Shown here: piece after piece, positions 48,190-58,134 of the stretch
Position numbering within the stretch: position 1 is the first letter of the stretch
Layout of the letters: each line of letters opens with the position of its first letter
Source: a virus
Length of the DNA stretch: 64,000 nt
Virus record (IMG/VR): IMGVR_UViG_3300027782_000040
Direction: 5' to 3' (one strand)
Notes under the pieces: generated by a model
Seen by the model: only the letters and a program-made list of their open reading frames with translations
What the model was told of the DNA's origin: nothing
The model's database searches: none
Position numbers and translations under genes: made by a program

Positions 48190-49301
48190 ATAATATTAAT
48201 AGGTGCTGGCATAGCTCTAAACTTAAGAGATTTGTTTAGATTCTCTGCCTCACCTGCTTTTCTTTCAAGTATTTTGTCAGGACGTAATCTTTCTAATCTT
48301 GCCATAAGTTCTTCAACCAATTTAGATTTTTCATCTTTACCTTCAGTAATTAATGAACTGTAATCTAATTTAATTGTACTATCAGGAACTTGTAAATCAC
48401 CTGAAAACTTACCCCATATACGACCTAAACCTTCTTTAGAATAACCGATTAGATATTTTCTAACCCAATTCTGTGAAGGTTTATTTAAACTACCCCATGT
48501 TAATTCTTCCGTCATAACATCTGAAGGTAATTTAATAACATCTTTGTTTTTCTCTAAACAAGTATCTCTATCCATAGTTTCATAGTACCAATACCAAACG
48601 TTGTAGTTGTTTTTAGCGATAGAACCAAAGTCAAATTTACCACCTGGTACATTATAAAGGTGTACCAATTTCTTACCTTCAGGACCTGCAGTAATTTTAT
48701 ATGTCAAATCACCACCAATCATTCTACTCTTGAAGTTTCTGTCTTGCATCCTTAATAATAGGTCAAAACCTGGCGTCATAAAATATGAGCCAGCGGTTCC
48801 AACTTGAGCGTATCCACCCACACCACCGAAACCAACACCACCAAGTGCTCCAAAACCACCTAAAAATGGATCTACGATTGAGTCATTCAAAGTTGCACGT
48901 GTAAAGTATAATAACTCGTTAATTTCACGACCAGCAGGAATTTCATATACTTGTTGATTTTGTGAAACTGTAAAATAATCCTTCTTTAATTCACTTGTTC
49001 CACCAGCCTGTAAACCTACAATTTTGGAATACGAGTGAGTATATTGAGTTTCGTAATCTAAACTTCTTGTTGTAAAAGCCCTTGAAAGGGATTGTGTGTC
49101 TAAATCAAGACCCGCTAACGCCGACCATTGAGATTCAATTAACCAATCACTAACGTATTGTTCGTATTCTGATAGAGATAACTCTAAAAAGGTATCCATT
49201 TGTTCTTGTGTAAGTTCAATTCCACGAACTGGCATCCCCAAAAGGTGAAAAACCTGTGTATATAATTTATCTCTTTCTTCCGGTGTAATAATAGTGGGCA
49301 T
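48186..49301 (-). CDS. neck/head-completion protein (gp13-like)
   Basis: LGMPVRGIEL...QM N-terminus and WVRKY...KE-x-LGRI-x-GKF C-terminus. Confidence 0.75.
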   Translation of the reverse strand: MPTIITPEERDKLYTQVFHLLGMPVRGIELTQEQMDTFLELSLSEYEQYVSDWLIESQWSALAGLDLDTQSLSRAFTTRSLDYETQYTHSYSKIVGLQAGGTSELKKDYFTVSQNQQVYEIPAGREINELLYFTRATLNDSIVDPFLGGFGALGGVGFGGVGGYAQVGTAGSYFMTPGFDLLLRMQDRNFKSRMIGGDLTYKITAGPEGKKLVHLYNVPGGKFDFGSIAKNNYNVWYWYYETMDRDTCLEKNKDVIKLPSDVMTEELTWGSLNKPSQNWVRKYLIGYSKEGLGRIWGKFSGDLQVPDSTIKLDYSSLITEGKDEKSKLVEELMARLERLRPDKILERKAGEAENLNKSLKFRAMPAPINII

Positions 49302-49303
49302 AA

Positions 49304-49335
49304 TTTGGTATATTCTTATAAATATCTTATATTTG
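49304..49335 (+). promoter_or_regulatory. Bacteroidota sigma70-type promoter overlapping a divergent phage promoter
   Basis: TTTG-N20-TATATTTG 4 nt before ATG 49340; TATAAATA at 49317-49324 serves the opposite strand. Confidence 0.6.
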
Positions 49336-49339
49336 TGTT

Positions 49340-50221
49340 ATGTCTAACACTAAACTAACTGAACTTAAAAATTATTCATCTGAAGATACGTCAGATTTTG
49401 ACTATATTTTGTCTGATGATACATTAAAAAATAAAATAATAGAACTTTGGGGTAATTTATTCTTTAGTGTTTATAGTAAACAAAAAGGAAGATGGACTAA
49501 AAGAATTAAAGAAAATGGCGGTTCTTATTATGGAGTTGTGGAGATAATAGAAGATGAAGAATATTGGGGACATATTAATAGAGGAAATACTAATTTTACG
49601 GCATTAACTCATTTTAAAAATGAAGTTAATTTTCTATTATTAAAAGATGAGATAAACGATACAATTAAATTTGATAGGGATTATACTAATAATTTTAACA
49701 ATATTAAAAAGATGTTTAGATATGCTGAAACATATAAAACACATTTAATATCTGATAAAAATGAGTTTTATTGGGAACTAAGAGAATATTGTTTTCGTTC
49801 ATGGTTAGCAGGACAAGAACATACTAAAGATTGGAAAAAAAATTGGAAATATTATTTTCCTGAAGCATTTGCGATGGAGATGAAAGACGATTTACCTGGA
49901 GACCCAATTGATATGTTTAACGGACACGATTGTATTATGTATGTTAAAGGTAAAAATACGGGAGAAACAATTTTTTGTGGAACACAAATTAAAGGAGTTT
50001 CTAAATGTGAATTGAGGGGAGAAGATTACTATGTTAGAGTTTCAATGACATTAAAGAATTATAATGATGTAATATTATTTGTTTTTTATGTCCCAAAAGA
50101 AAAAGAAATTTACATTTTTAAAAATGATAAAAAAAGTATTGAAAGATTAACTGAATATGGAAAACCTGTTTTTAAATTTCCATCTAAATTATTTATTAAA
50201 AAAGTAAGTAAAAATGACTAA
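49340..50221 (+). CDS. hypothetical protein, possible PD-(D/E)xK nuclease
   Basis: G-x-E...D...GHD...TQIKG arrangement. Confidence 0.5.
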   Translation: MSNTKLTELKNYSSEDTSDFDYILSDDTLKNKIIELWGNLFFSVYSKQKGRWTKRIKENGGSYYGVVEIIEDEEYWGHINRGNTNFTALTHFKNEVNFLLLKDEINDTIKFDRDYTNNFNNIKKMFRYAETYKTHLISDKNEFYWELREYCFRSWLAGQEHTKDWKKNWKYYFPEAFAMEMKDDLPGDPIDMFNGHDCIMYVKGKNTGETIFCGTQIKGVSKCELRGEDYYVRVSMTLKNYNDVILFVFYVPKEKEIYIFKNDKKSIERLTEYGKPVFKFPSKLFIKKVSKND

Positions 50222-50414
50222 CACATTATTAGATTTATTTGAAACTGCGGGTAAGAACAATTTTGAATTTAACTACAAAACAGGTGAAGGTGAAAACGTT
50301 CTAACTTTGGATTTGGAAAATAAAATAGTAACTTTATTAATAGGTAACCCTGAAGATAAAGATTTAGAATTGACTTTAAGGGACGCAATAATAAAGATTA
50401 AAGGAGGCTTTTAA
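50214..50414 (+). CDS. hypothetical protein
   Basis: 66 aa ORF overlapping the upstream stop. Confidence 0.55.
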   Translation: MTNTLLDLFETAGKNNFEFNYKTGEGENVLTLDLENKIVTLLIGNPEDKDLELTLRDAIIKIKGGF

Positions 50415-52149
50415 GTAAATCCTTACTAAACGATTCAGAGTATTCTCCATCTCCCATAACTTGGTCTATAATTCCTTTTTTCTTTTGTAATATATTATAG
50501 ATAATTTTTTCAACCGTATTCTCAAACACGGGATAATAAACCAACACACTATTCTGTTGACCGTAACGATATGCTCTATCTTCGGCTTGACTGTGATGAG
50601 CTGGTACAAATGATAAATCATTCATTACAACAACCTCACCTGCAGTTAATGTAATACCAACACCACCTGCAATAATATTTGAGATAAATATTTTTACCTT
50701 ATCTTCATTTTGAAATCTATCAACACTCTCTTGTTTCTTTTCTTTAGACATACTACCATTCAATATTACAGAGTTCTTTTTATATTTCTCATGTAACATA
50801 TCTAATGACATTGTAAAGTTAGTGAATACAATTACTTTCTTTCCTTGATCTAAACATTTATCTATAATTTCACAAGTGTATGGAATTTTTTCGTAAGCAA
50901 TAAGTTGTCTAATTTTCATTAAACGATTTAAGGTTACACTAATAGTTTCGTTGTCCTTCTTATCATTACTAATTCTTGTAAACTCTTCTAACTCCTCATC
51001 ATACATTTTACTACTTAATTCTACAAAGACAGGTGTAACAATTTTTTCAGGTAAATCTAAAATATCTGTTTTCATTCTACGAAGAACATATGACTTTGTT
51101 CTTTCTCTTAACTCATCCAAATTACTTGCCCCACTTGTGTTCCACACTTTTCTATTTCCAACAGTGAATTGATAACCTTTACAATATCTACGAACATAAG
51201 ATTGCCAATTTAATGTTAAAGGTGAATCAACAATCTTTAATAAATTAAAATAATTTATTGGTCTTGATGTCATTGGGGTTCCCGTTAATAACCAAACTCG
51301 TGGTATGGTTTCTAATACGTCATTTAATAAACGAGTTCTGTTCGCGGTACTATTACTTACATAATGTGCTTCATCCACAATTGCTAAATCAAACTTTTCA
51401 TTTACTAATAATTTATAGTCATCACTATCTTCACTTTTTTCTGTGGTGTGATAATTTTTTAATATATCATAATTGATAATATAATAATCAAAAGTAGACC
51501 CCCATTTACGACCTTCAACTATTAAAACTTTTCTATCTGTGTAATTTTTAATCTCTCTATCCCAATTTATTTTAAGAGATGCAGGACAAACAATTAAAAC
51601 TTTCTTTGCTCCACTTTCCATCGATGCAATAACCGCTGCCGTCGTTTTTCCGAGACCCATATCGTCAGCTAATATAAACTTATTGTTAGCCAATAACTTC
51701 TCAATGGCAACCTTTTGATGTTCCATAGGAGGACGATTATCATACGGACTATAATCAATTACACGATTTAACTTTTTCTCATCTTGAACAATTGCAGACT
51801 TAGGTAACCACATTGCACTCATTTGGTCACTATCTAAAACTTTACCCCATATATGAAACGCTTTATCAGATTCACATAACAATTTTTCACACCAAATTTT
51901 TTCAGGGGGAATGGGTAATAACCTTTCTTCCATAATTTTTTCTCCAAATGTGGAAACCAAATTAATATATTTTCTAGCGACCTTTGGACTCAATTCGTAA
52001 TATTTCATTACATATTCAGATTGGGGTCTGGTTAACTTAAAATTTTTAACCTCATCTATCTTTCTTTTCCAATCCAATAATTGGTTATTGGAACCTTCGT
52101 AAGTTAATAATATTGTTCTCGCTTCAATCTCGGGAATTTTTATCTCCAT
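50398..52149 (-). CDS. SNF2-family helicase/translocase
   Basis: LADDMGLGKT, DEAH, LTGTP, LRR, GVGITL and QAEDRAYRYGQ motifs. Confidence 0.92.
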   Translation of the reverse strand: MEIKIPEIEARTILLTYEGSNNQLLDWKRKIDEVKNFKLTRPQSEYVMKYYELSPKVARKYINLVSTFGEKIMEERLLPIPPEKIWCEKLLCESDKAFHIWGKVLDSDQMSAMWLPKSAIVQDEKKLNRVIDYSPYDNRPPMEHQKVAIEKLLANNKFILADDMGLGKTTAAVIASMESGAKKVLIVCPASLKINWDREIKNYTDRKVLIVEGRKWGSTFDYYIINYDILKNYHTTEKSEDSDDYKLLVNEKFDLAIVDEAHYVSNSTANRTRLLNDVLETIPRVWLLTGTPMTSRPINYFNLLKIVDSPLTLNWQSYVRRYCKGYQFTVGNRKVWNTSGASNLDELRERTKSYVLRRMKTDILDLPEKIVTPVFVELSSKMYDEELEEFTRISNDKKDNETISVTLNRLMKIRQLIAYEKIPYTCEIIDKCLDQGKKVIVFTNFTMSLDMLHEKYKKNSVILNGSMSKEKKQESVDRFQNEDKVKIFISNIIAGGVGITLTAGEVVVMNDLSFVPAHHSQAEDRAYRYGQQNSVLVYYPVFENTVEKIIYNILQKKKGIIDQVMGDGEYSESFSKDLLKSLL

Positions 52150-52203
52150 ATAATATATATAATATAACTAAATAGAATGAAATATTAAACTATTTATAAG
52201 GAT

Positions 52204-52716
52204 ATGAATAATAAATTACCGATAACGAGAATGTCCAAATTCCTTTCTCAGGATGACTTTGATTTAAATATTCAAATGGGTCAGGAATACCTTCATGGTG
52301 ATTTGGGGATAAAATTGGTATTATATCGTGTAGATAAACAAAAAACAGAAAACGACGACGTTTACGCTGAAGTTGGGGTGGATGAAATTAAATATTTCCC
52401 ACCAATTGAGTTTTATGCATTAGTTAAAATAGAGGAACCAAAGAACAGTTCATATAAAGGTGGATTATTAAGATACAACGAACCGGGTAATATGACATTA
52501 TCAGTTTATATAAAACATTTGGAAGAATTAAAGGTTGATATAAAATACGGAGATTTTATTGGATACCCTGAATCTGAAACAAGAACAAGATATTATAACG
52601 TTTCAAACGACGGAAAAGTAACATCAGATAATAAACATAATATGTTTGGTTACAAACCATATTATAGAAACATTGTATGTACAGCAGTACAAGACAATAC
52701 ATTTAGAGGAGTATAA
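52204..52716 (+). CDS. head closure/neck protein (gp14-like)
   Basis: Position before the tail terminator; DDVYAE and GDFI motifs. Confidence 0.55.
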   Translation: MNNKLPITRMSKFLSQDDFDLNIQMGQEYLHGDLGIKLVLYRVDKQKTENDDVYAEVGVDEIKYFPPIEFYALVKIEEPKNSSYKGGLLRYNEPGNMTLSVYIKHLEELKVDIKYGDFIGYPESETRTRYYNVSNDGKVTSDNKHNMFGYKPYYRNIVCTAVQDNTFRGV

Positions 52717-52717
52717 C

Positions 52718-53998
52718 ATGGGAATACCTAAAAGAAAAACAAATATTGAAATCTATAAAGGTTCTGAACTCACTAAAAGGAGACAGGAACTTTTGGATAA
52801 TATTACCAAATCAGATACGAATCTTCCCGATTCTATATTACACGATGATTTAGATAGGGGTATGTTAGATTATGTTACGAAAACATTTAAGGTCGTAACT
52901 GATGGTAAACAAATCCCAATTATAAATAAAATTCTAACAATACAAAGATGGGGAGAGTTTATGCAGAATTGGTCGTTTAGTGATGAAGACGGTAACATGC
53001 AACTTCCATTTATTGCAACCATTAGAAAACCCGACGTTCAATTTGGAACAAATCCATCGGTTCAAAGAACAATACCTGACAGATATCAAGTTTATTACGC
53101 TTCAGTTCCGAATTGGAATGGTTCACAATTGGGCGCGGACATTTACACAATACCACAACCTATCCCTGTGGATATTACATATGACGTAACAATTATATGT
53201 AATAAATTTAGAGATTTAAACAAGTTTAATAAAATCATATTACGTCACTTTGCGTCAAGACAAGATTATACAACAATTAAAGGACATTACATTCCTATTG
53301 TTCTTGATAAGATTGAAGATAATAGTCCAATTGAAACGATTGACGGACGTAGATTTTACGTTCAGAATTATCAATTTACAATGTTAGGTTATTTGATAGA
53401 TAGTGAGGAGTTTGAAGTGAAACCCGCCATTAATAGATTATTTACCATGTTTGAGTTTATAAAAGATAACCCCAAATTTGGTGTCAATAAAGTTGTTAAT
53501 ACTAATGATATAATACAAACTGTAAATTTAGTTTGTGACGGAATTCAAAGTGTTTTTGATGTTGGTGAAAGTATTGGTACATTATTCGGTGTTTATGTAA
53601 ATGATGTATTACAAACAAAAAATACAAATTATTTACATATTGCTTACACTTCAAAAATAGAATTTGTTTCTCCATATATCCCAACCGCCGGAAGTAAACT
53701 CACTATTGTTTATTATAAAAGTAAGAATAGTAGAATAGTAGGAACATCAGGTACAATTTTTAGTTTTGTTAGAGAAGAGTTTCAATTCACAGGTTCGGGA
53801 TCTTTTTTTGACCCACCAACCAATAATAGACCAATGTTTGATACAAATGAAATGATTAATAGTGTTGTTACAGTTGAGATTAATGGATTGGCGGAACAAC
53901 AAGGTATCGGATTTATCGTTTCAGATGATAACTCGTATATTATTTTATCAGATAAACCATCCATAAATTCAAATATATCAGTAGGATATTTGTATTAA
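52718..53998 (+). CDS. tail terminator/sheath stabiliser (gp15-like) with C-terminal Ig-like repeats
   Basis: LPFI...R and PQPIPVDITYDV motifs. Likely start at 52718. Confidence 0.6.
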   Translation: MGIPKRKTNIEIYKGSELTKRRQELLDNITKSDTNLPDSILHDDLDRGMLDYVTKTFKVVTDGKQIPIINKILTIQRWGEFMQNWSFSDEDGNMQLPFIATIRKPDVQFGTNPSVQRTIPDRYQVYYASVPNWNGSQLGADIYTIPQPIPVDITYDVTIICNKFRDLNKFNKIILRHFASRQDYTTIKGHYIPIVLDKIEDNSPIETIDGRRFYVQNYQFTMLGYLIDSEEFEVKPAINRLFTMFEFIKDNPKFGVNKVVNTNDIIQTVNLVCDGIQSVFDVGESIGTLFGVYVNDVLQTKNTNYLHIAYTSKIEFVSPYIPTAGSKLTIVYYKSKNSRIVGTSGTIFSFVREEFQFTGSGSFFDPPTNNRPMFDTNEMINSVVTVEINGLAEQQGIGFIVSDDNSYIILSDKPSINSNISVGYLY

Positions 53999-54008
53999 AC
54001 CATAATCT

Positions 54009-54512
54009 ATGTACGAATTTATAAAAGATAATGTTGTTTCAAGTCAGAGTCAAAACATGCCGATTAATATAATGACGGTCAGTTTTATTGCAGACGGAAC
54101 ACAAACTAATTTTAGTGTTGGAACTAATATCGGAACCTTATTTTCAGTTTCAATGAACGGTATTGGTCAAATAAGAGATTTAAGTTTTACGTTTATAAAC
54201 TTTACAAGTACGATTACTTTTATTGAACCTCCAATAAATAACTCAATAATAACGATACAATTTTATAAAGGAATTAATAGTGTAATTTTAGACAATAAGG
54301 GTAAATTATTACAATTTGAAAAACAAGAGTTTATTTATACCGCATCAAGAGTGTTTAACTTAAGTAATTCCATCAATAGTTTAATAACGGTTGAAACCAA
54401 TGGATTAGCTGAAGAAGAGTCAGTTGGGTTTGATATTACTGGAGACGATGAAATTACATATCTCTCCAATCCTAAAGTTGGGTCAAAAATTAGTATATCT
54501 TATTTATACTAA
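54009..54512 (+). CDS. paralog of the C-terminal repeat region of the upstream gene
   Basis: Shared M-x-EFIKDN, IGTLF, INS...TVE-x-NGLAE and YLY motifs. Confidence 0.7.
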   Translation: MYEFIKDNVVSSQSQNMPINIMTVSFIADGTQTNFSVGTNIGTLFSVSMNGIGQIRDLSFTFINFTSTITFIEPPINNSIITIQFYKGINSVILDNKGKLLQFEKQEFIYTASRVFNLSNSINSLITVETNGLAEEESVGFDITGDDEITYLSNPKVGSKISISYLY

Positions 54513-54667
54513 TCGTCACCATAAATGTCTTTCTTTTTAGGTTTACAAAGTTCCTCAATGTGTTTTTCCAATACTTTATAAATTTTTAATCCATTTTTAT
54601 CACAATAATTTTTTAACATTTCGTGGTGTTTCTGACCTATTTTAACATTTTTTTGTTTGTTTTCCAT
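54509..54667 (-). CDS. small ribbon-helix-helix-like DNA-binding protein (not in the ORF track)
   Basis: 52 aa, MENKQKNVKIGQKHHEMLKNYCDKNGLKIYKVLEKHIEELCKPKKKDIYGDD. Confidence 0.65.
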   Translation of the reverse strand: MENKQKNVKIGQKHHEMLKNYCDKNGLKIYKVLEKHIEELCKPKKKDIYGDD

Positions 54668-54783
54668 ATAAAAGATAATTAAAGATAAATAACTATCTTT
54701 TTAAGAAAAGTTCGGAAATCTTTGGTGAAAACAAAGATATTTATAAGATAAGTAATAAAAACAATTTAACCAAACAACAATCG

Positions 54784-57222
54784 ATGGCAAATTCAAACAG
54801 AGTATTCGTTTCTCCAGGTGTTTATACATCAGAGAAGGATTTAACATTCGTAGCACAAAGTATAGGTGTTACAACATTGGGATTAGTGGGAGAAACCTTA
54901 AAAGGTCCAGCTAATGAACCAATATTAATTTCAAATTTTGACGAATTTAAAACATATTTCGGAAGTACATCACCTGAAAAAGATGGTAATGGTAATCCAA
55001 AATATGAATTAGGTTATGTCGCTAAATCTTATTTACAAGAGTCAAATCAATTATTTGTAACAAGAGTATTAGGTAAGACAGGTTATAAAGCAGGTAAAAC
55101 ATTCGGTATTAAAACATTAGGTACAGATGCAGATATTGTAGTGGTAGCATTAAGATCAAGAGGACATTATTCAGGAGAAACTTTAGTATTTGAAGTTACT
55201 GGAAATACATCCTTCGTTCTTAGTGGTGCAACATTAACAACTAATCCATTATCTGAATTTGATATTCATGTTACAGGTGCAACAGGTGGAGCTAAAGTTT
55301 TTACTTGTAGTTTAGACGTTACATCATCAAAATATATAACTAAAGTTTTAGGAACAAGTCCATATGATAAAGATAGAAGTGATGTTCCTTTATATGTTCA
55401 CGAAGTATATCCAAACTTAACTAAAAATTTATATCACCAAGGTATGATTAGTGGTTTAAGTTTTACTGAAGTATATAACGCTGAAGGTGACAATTTTTCA
55501 AATCCTTGGGCTTTTCCAACGTCACCTACTATAGTTTCTGAAGTAAGAGGTGGTAAAGTTGATGATTTATTTGATATAACCACAATTTCAGACGGAAACG
55601 CTGCAAATGAAGAAGTTAAAATTACAATTCAAAATATCAATATTGAAACAGGTGAATTTGACATACTAGTTAGAGATTTTAACGATACAGATGAAAACAT
55701 GTCAGTTTTAGAAAAATTCTCAAGATGTTCAATGAATCCTGATGTTGCGGGATATGTTGCTAGAAAGGTAGGAACATCAAATGGTGATTATACTTTGAAT
55801 TCTAAATATATTATGTTAAGTATGGACCCTAATGCACCATCAAATGCGTTCCCTGCTGGATTTAAAGGGTTTACAAACGCAACTTTATCAGGGTCAACAA
55901 AATTAGGTAATGTTCTTTATAAAACTGAATTTTTTGATTCAGGAGATGCGATTGGTCCAGCTGGATCACCATATTCAGCAACAACAAGTAACGGAGACAA
56001 ATATAGAAAAACATCTTTAGGTTTATCTTCAGATAGTAATTTTAGTTTTGACGCAGATTTGTTCAAATATAAAGGTTCAGGAACATTGAATAGTACTGAT
56101 GGATTTCACTTATCAACTAATGCATCTTCAATTACAGGTACAACATATCAAACAACGGGTTATGATTTGGAAGGTCAAACAGACGCCGCTAACAACAAAT
56201 TAACCAATATTAATTATCGTAAATTTACATTTGCAGTATGTGGTGGTTTTGATGGTTGGGATATCTACAGAAGAGTAAGAACATATGGAGATGCGTATAT
56301 ATTTGGAAAAACAACATACATTTCAGGTCTTACAACAAATGGTGGATTGTTTGACACTGCAAATGGAAACTCCGATTATTATGCTTATTTAGAAGGAATT
56401 CAAACATATGCAAACCCTGAAGCAATAGATATTAACGTATTCGCAACTCCAGGTATTAACTTCTACGACCATAGTTCATTAACAACTCAAGCAATTGACA
56501 TGATTGAAACCGATAGAGCGGATTCAATTTATATTATCGGAGCCCCAAATGAAACTGATGCAACTAACGTTATTGACGATTTAGACGGTATTGCGGTTGA
56601 TTCTAACTATTCAGCCACATATTGGCCTTGGATTCAAGTAAGAGACACAGATAACGCAACTCAATTATATATCCCACCAACAGGTGAGGTTGTTAAGAAT
56701 ATTGCCTTAACTGATAACGTATCTTATCCTTGGTTCGCAGTTGCGGGTTACAGTAGAGGTTTGGTAAACGCAATCAAAGCACAAAAGAAACTTACTCTTG
56801 ACGAAAGAGATGAGTTATATAAGGCAAGAATCAACCCAATTGCAACATTCTCTGATACAGGTACCATTATATGGGGTAACAAAACGTTACAAGTTAGAGA
56901 GTCAGCTTTAGATAGAATCAACGTAAGAAGATTGTTATTAAGAGCAAGGAAATTGATATCTGCAGTCGCTGTAAGGTTATTATTTGAACAAAATGACGAC
57001 CAAGTAAGACAAGAGTTCTTAAGATTGGTAAACCCTATCTTGGAATCAATTAAGAAAGAAAGAGGTTTATATGACTTCCGTGTAAGTGTATCTAATGACC
57101 CAGAGGACATCGATGCTAACACATTAAGAGGTAAGATTTACATCAAACCAACTCGTTCTTTAGAATTCATTGATTTGGAATTTGTAATCACTCCAACAGG
57201 AGCTTCATTCGACAATATCTAA
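54784..57222 (+). CDS. tail sheath protein (gp18-like)
   Basis: SPGVY-x-x-E-x-D, GP, YWPW, PWFAVAG-x-x-RG, INPI, WGNKT, RINVRRL and IKPTRSLEFI motifs. Confidence 0.95.
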   Translation: MANSNRVFVSPGVYTSEKDLTFVAQSIGVTTLGLVGETLKGPANEPILISNFDEFKTYFGSTSPEKDGNGNPKYELGYVAKSYLQESNQLFVTRVLGKTGYKAGKTFGIKTLGTDADIVVVALRSRGHYSGETLVFEVTGNTSFVLSGATLTTNPLSEFDIHVTGATGGAKVFTCSLDVTSSKYITKVLGTSPYDKDRSDVPLYVHEVYPNLTKNLYHQGMISGLSFTEVYNAEGDNFSNPWAFPTSPTIVSEVRGGKVDDLFDITTISDGNAANEEVKITIQNINIETGEFDILVRDFNDTDENMSVLEKFSRCSMNPDVAGYVARKVGTSNGDYTLNSKYIMLSMDPNAPSNAFPAGFKGFTNATLSGSTKLGNVLYKTEFFDSGDAIGPAGSPYSATTSNGDKYRKTSLGLSSDSNFSFDADLFKYKGSGTLNSTDGFHLSTNASSITGTTYQTTGYDLEGQTDAANNKLTNINYRKFTFAVCGGFDGWDIYRRVRTYGDAYIFGKTTYISGLTTNGGLFDTANGNSDYYAYLEGIQTYANPEAIDINVFATPGINFYDHSSLTTQAIDMIETDRADSIYIIGAPNETDATNVIDDLDGIAVDSNYSATYWPWIQVRDTDNATQLYIPPTGEVVKNIALTDNVSYPWFAVAGYSRGLVNAIKAQKKLTLDERDELYKARINPIATFSDTGTIIWGNKTLQVRESALDRINVRRLLLRARKLISAVAVRLLFEQNDDQVRQEFLRLVNPILESIKKERGLYDFRVSVSNDPEDIDANTLRGKIYIKPTRSLEFIDLEFVITPTGASFDNI

Positions 57223-57246
57223 TCTAAAAGGAGATATAAAAAGAAG

Positions 57247-57275
57247 AAGAGTATCAGAAATGGTGCTCTTTTTTT
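57247..57275 (+). terminator. Rho-independent terminator after sheath
   Basis: AAGAGTATCA-GAAA-TGGTGCTCTT stem-loop followed by a T run. Confidence 0.75.
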
Positions 57276-57332
57276 ATGCTCCACGTAGAACCATATTATA
57301 TAACAATTATACTATTATATTATACCCAGAAT

Positions 57333-57408
57333 ACTGGAACTATATATACTAGTATTTATTATTGAAATATTAAATTATTAAAGGAGAGTATTAAACTGGA
57401 ACTATATA
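57333..57408. repeat. 14-bp direct repeat ACTGGAACTATATA
   Basis: Copies at 57333-57346 and 57395-57408 in non-coding DNA. Confidence 0.75.
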
Positions 57409-57544
57409 CTGGAGCCTGTAAAAAACTACGAAAAATAATTGACATAAACAAGTATTTCCAATAAAAAACTTAAAATAAAATTATTTTCCAATATAGATAT
57501 ATTTATAAGAAAGTAAATAACTTAAAAACTTTAACAAATACAAT

Positions 57545-58033
57545 ATGGCAGATTTATTAATGAAAATGCCGGTTCCTTACGAACCGAAAAGAAAAAATAG
57601 ATTTATCCTAAGATTTCCATCATCTTTAGGAATAAATGAGTGGTATGTATTCTCCACAGCGAGACCATCTGCTAAAATTAAATCAGTTGAGATTCCTTTC
57701 TTGAACACAAAAACTTATGTTGCTGGTCAATTTGAGTGGGAAGAGATTAAAGTTCAATTTAAAGACCCAATTGGTCCTTCAGCTTCTCAAGCACTTATGG
57801 AATGGTTCCGTTTACATGCGGAGTCAGTTACAGGTCGTATGGGATATGCTGCGGGTTATAAGAAAGACATTGAATTGGAGATGTTAGACCCAACGGGAGT
57901 TGTGGTTGAAAAATGGATTTTACAAGGTTGTTTCTTAACAAGTTTGAACTTCGGTGATTTAGATTACTCAAGAGATGATTTGGCGACAATTGACGCTTCA
58001 TTAAGAATGGACCGTTGTATTCAAGTTTATTAA
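57545..58033 (+). CDS. tail tube protein (gp19-like)
   Basis: EPKRKNRF, RP, YVAG...W, YKKDI and W-x-L-x-G-x-F motifs. Confidence 0.9.
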   Translation: MADLLMKMPVPYEPKRKNRFILRFPSSLGINEWYVFSTARPSAKIKSVEIPFLNTKTYVAGQFEWEEIKVQFKDPIGPSASQALMEWFRLHAESVTGRMGYAAGYKKDIELEMLDPTGVVVEKWILQGCFLTSLNFGDLDYSRDDLATIDASLRMDRCIQVY

Positions 58034-58054
58034 TATAATAATTTTTCATATGAG

Positions 58055-58089
58055 AAACCGATATACCAGAAATGGGTGTCGGTTTTTTT
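58055..58089 (+). terminator. Rho-independent terminator after tube
   Basis: AAACCGATA..CCA-GAAA-TGG..TGTCGGTTT stem-loop followed by a T run. Confidence 0.7.
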
Positions 58090-58134
58090 ATTTAAAAACT
58101 TTACTTTCTCATAGTTATAGTATAAACTTATATT

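Noticed and set aside
57276-57365. 29 aa ORF in the sheath-tube gap
   Set aside because: Overlaps the terminator tail, has low-complexity AT-driven composition and no supporting signals.
57333-57408. Possible mini CRISPR array
   Set aside because: Only two 14-bp repeats and no cas genes recognised.
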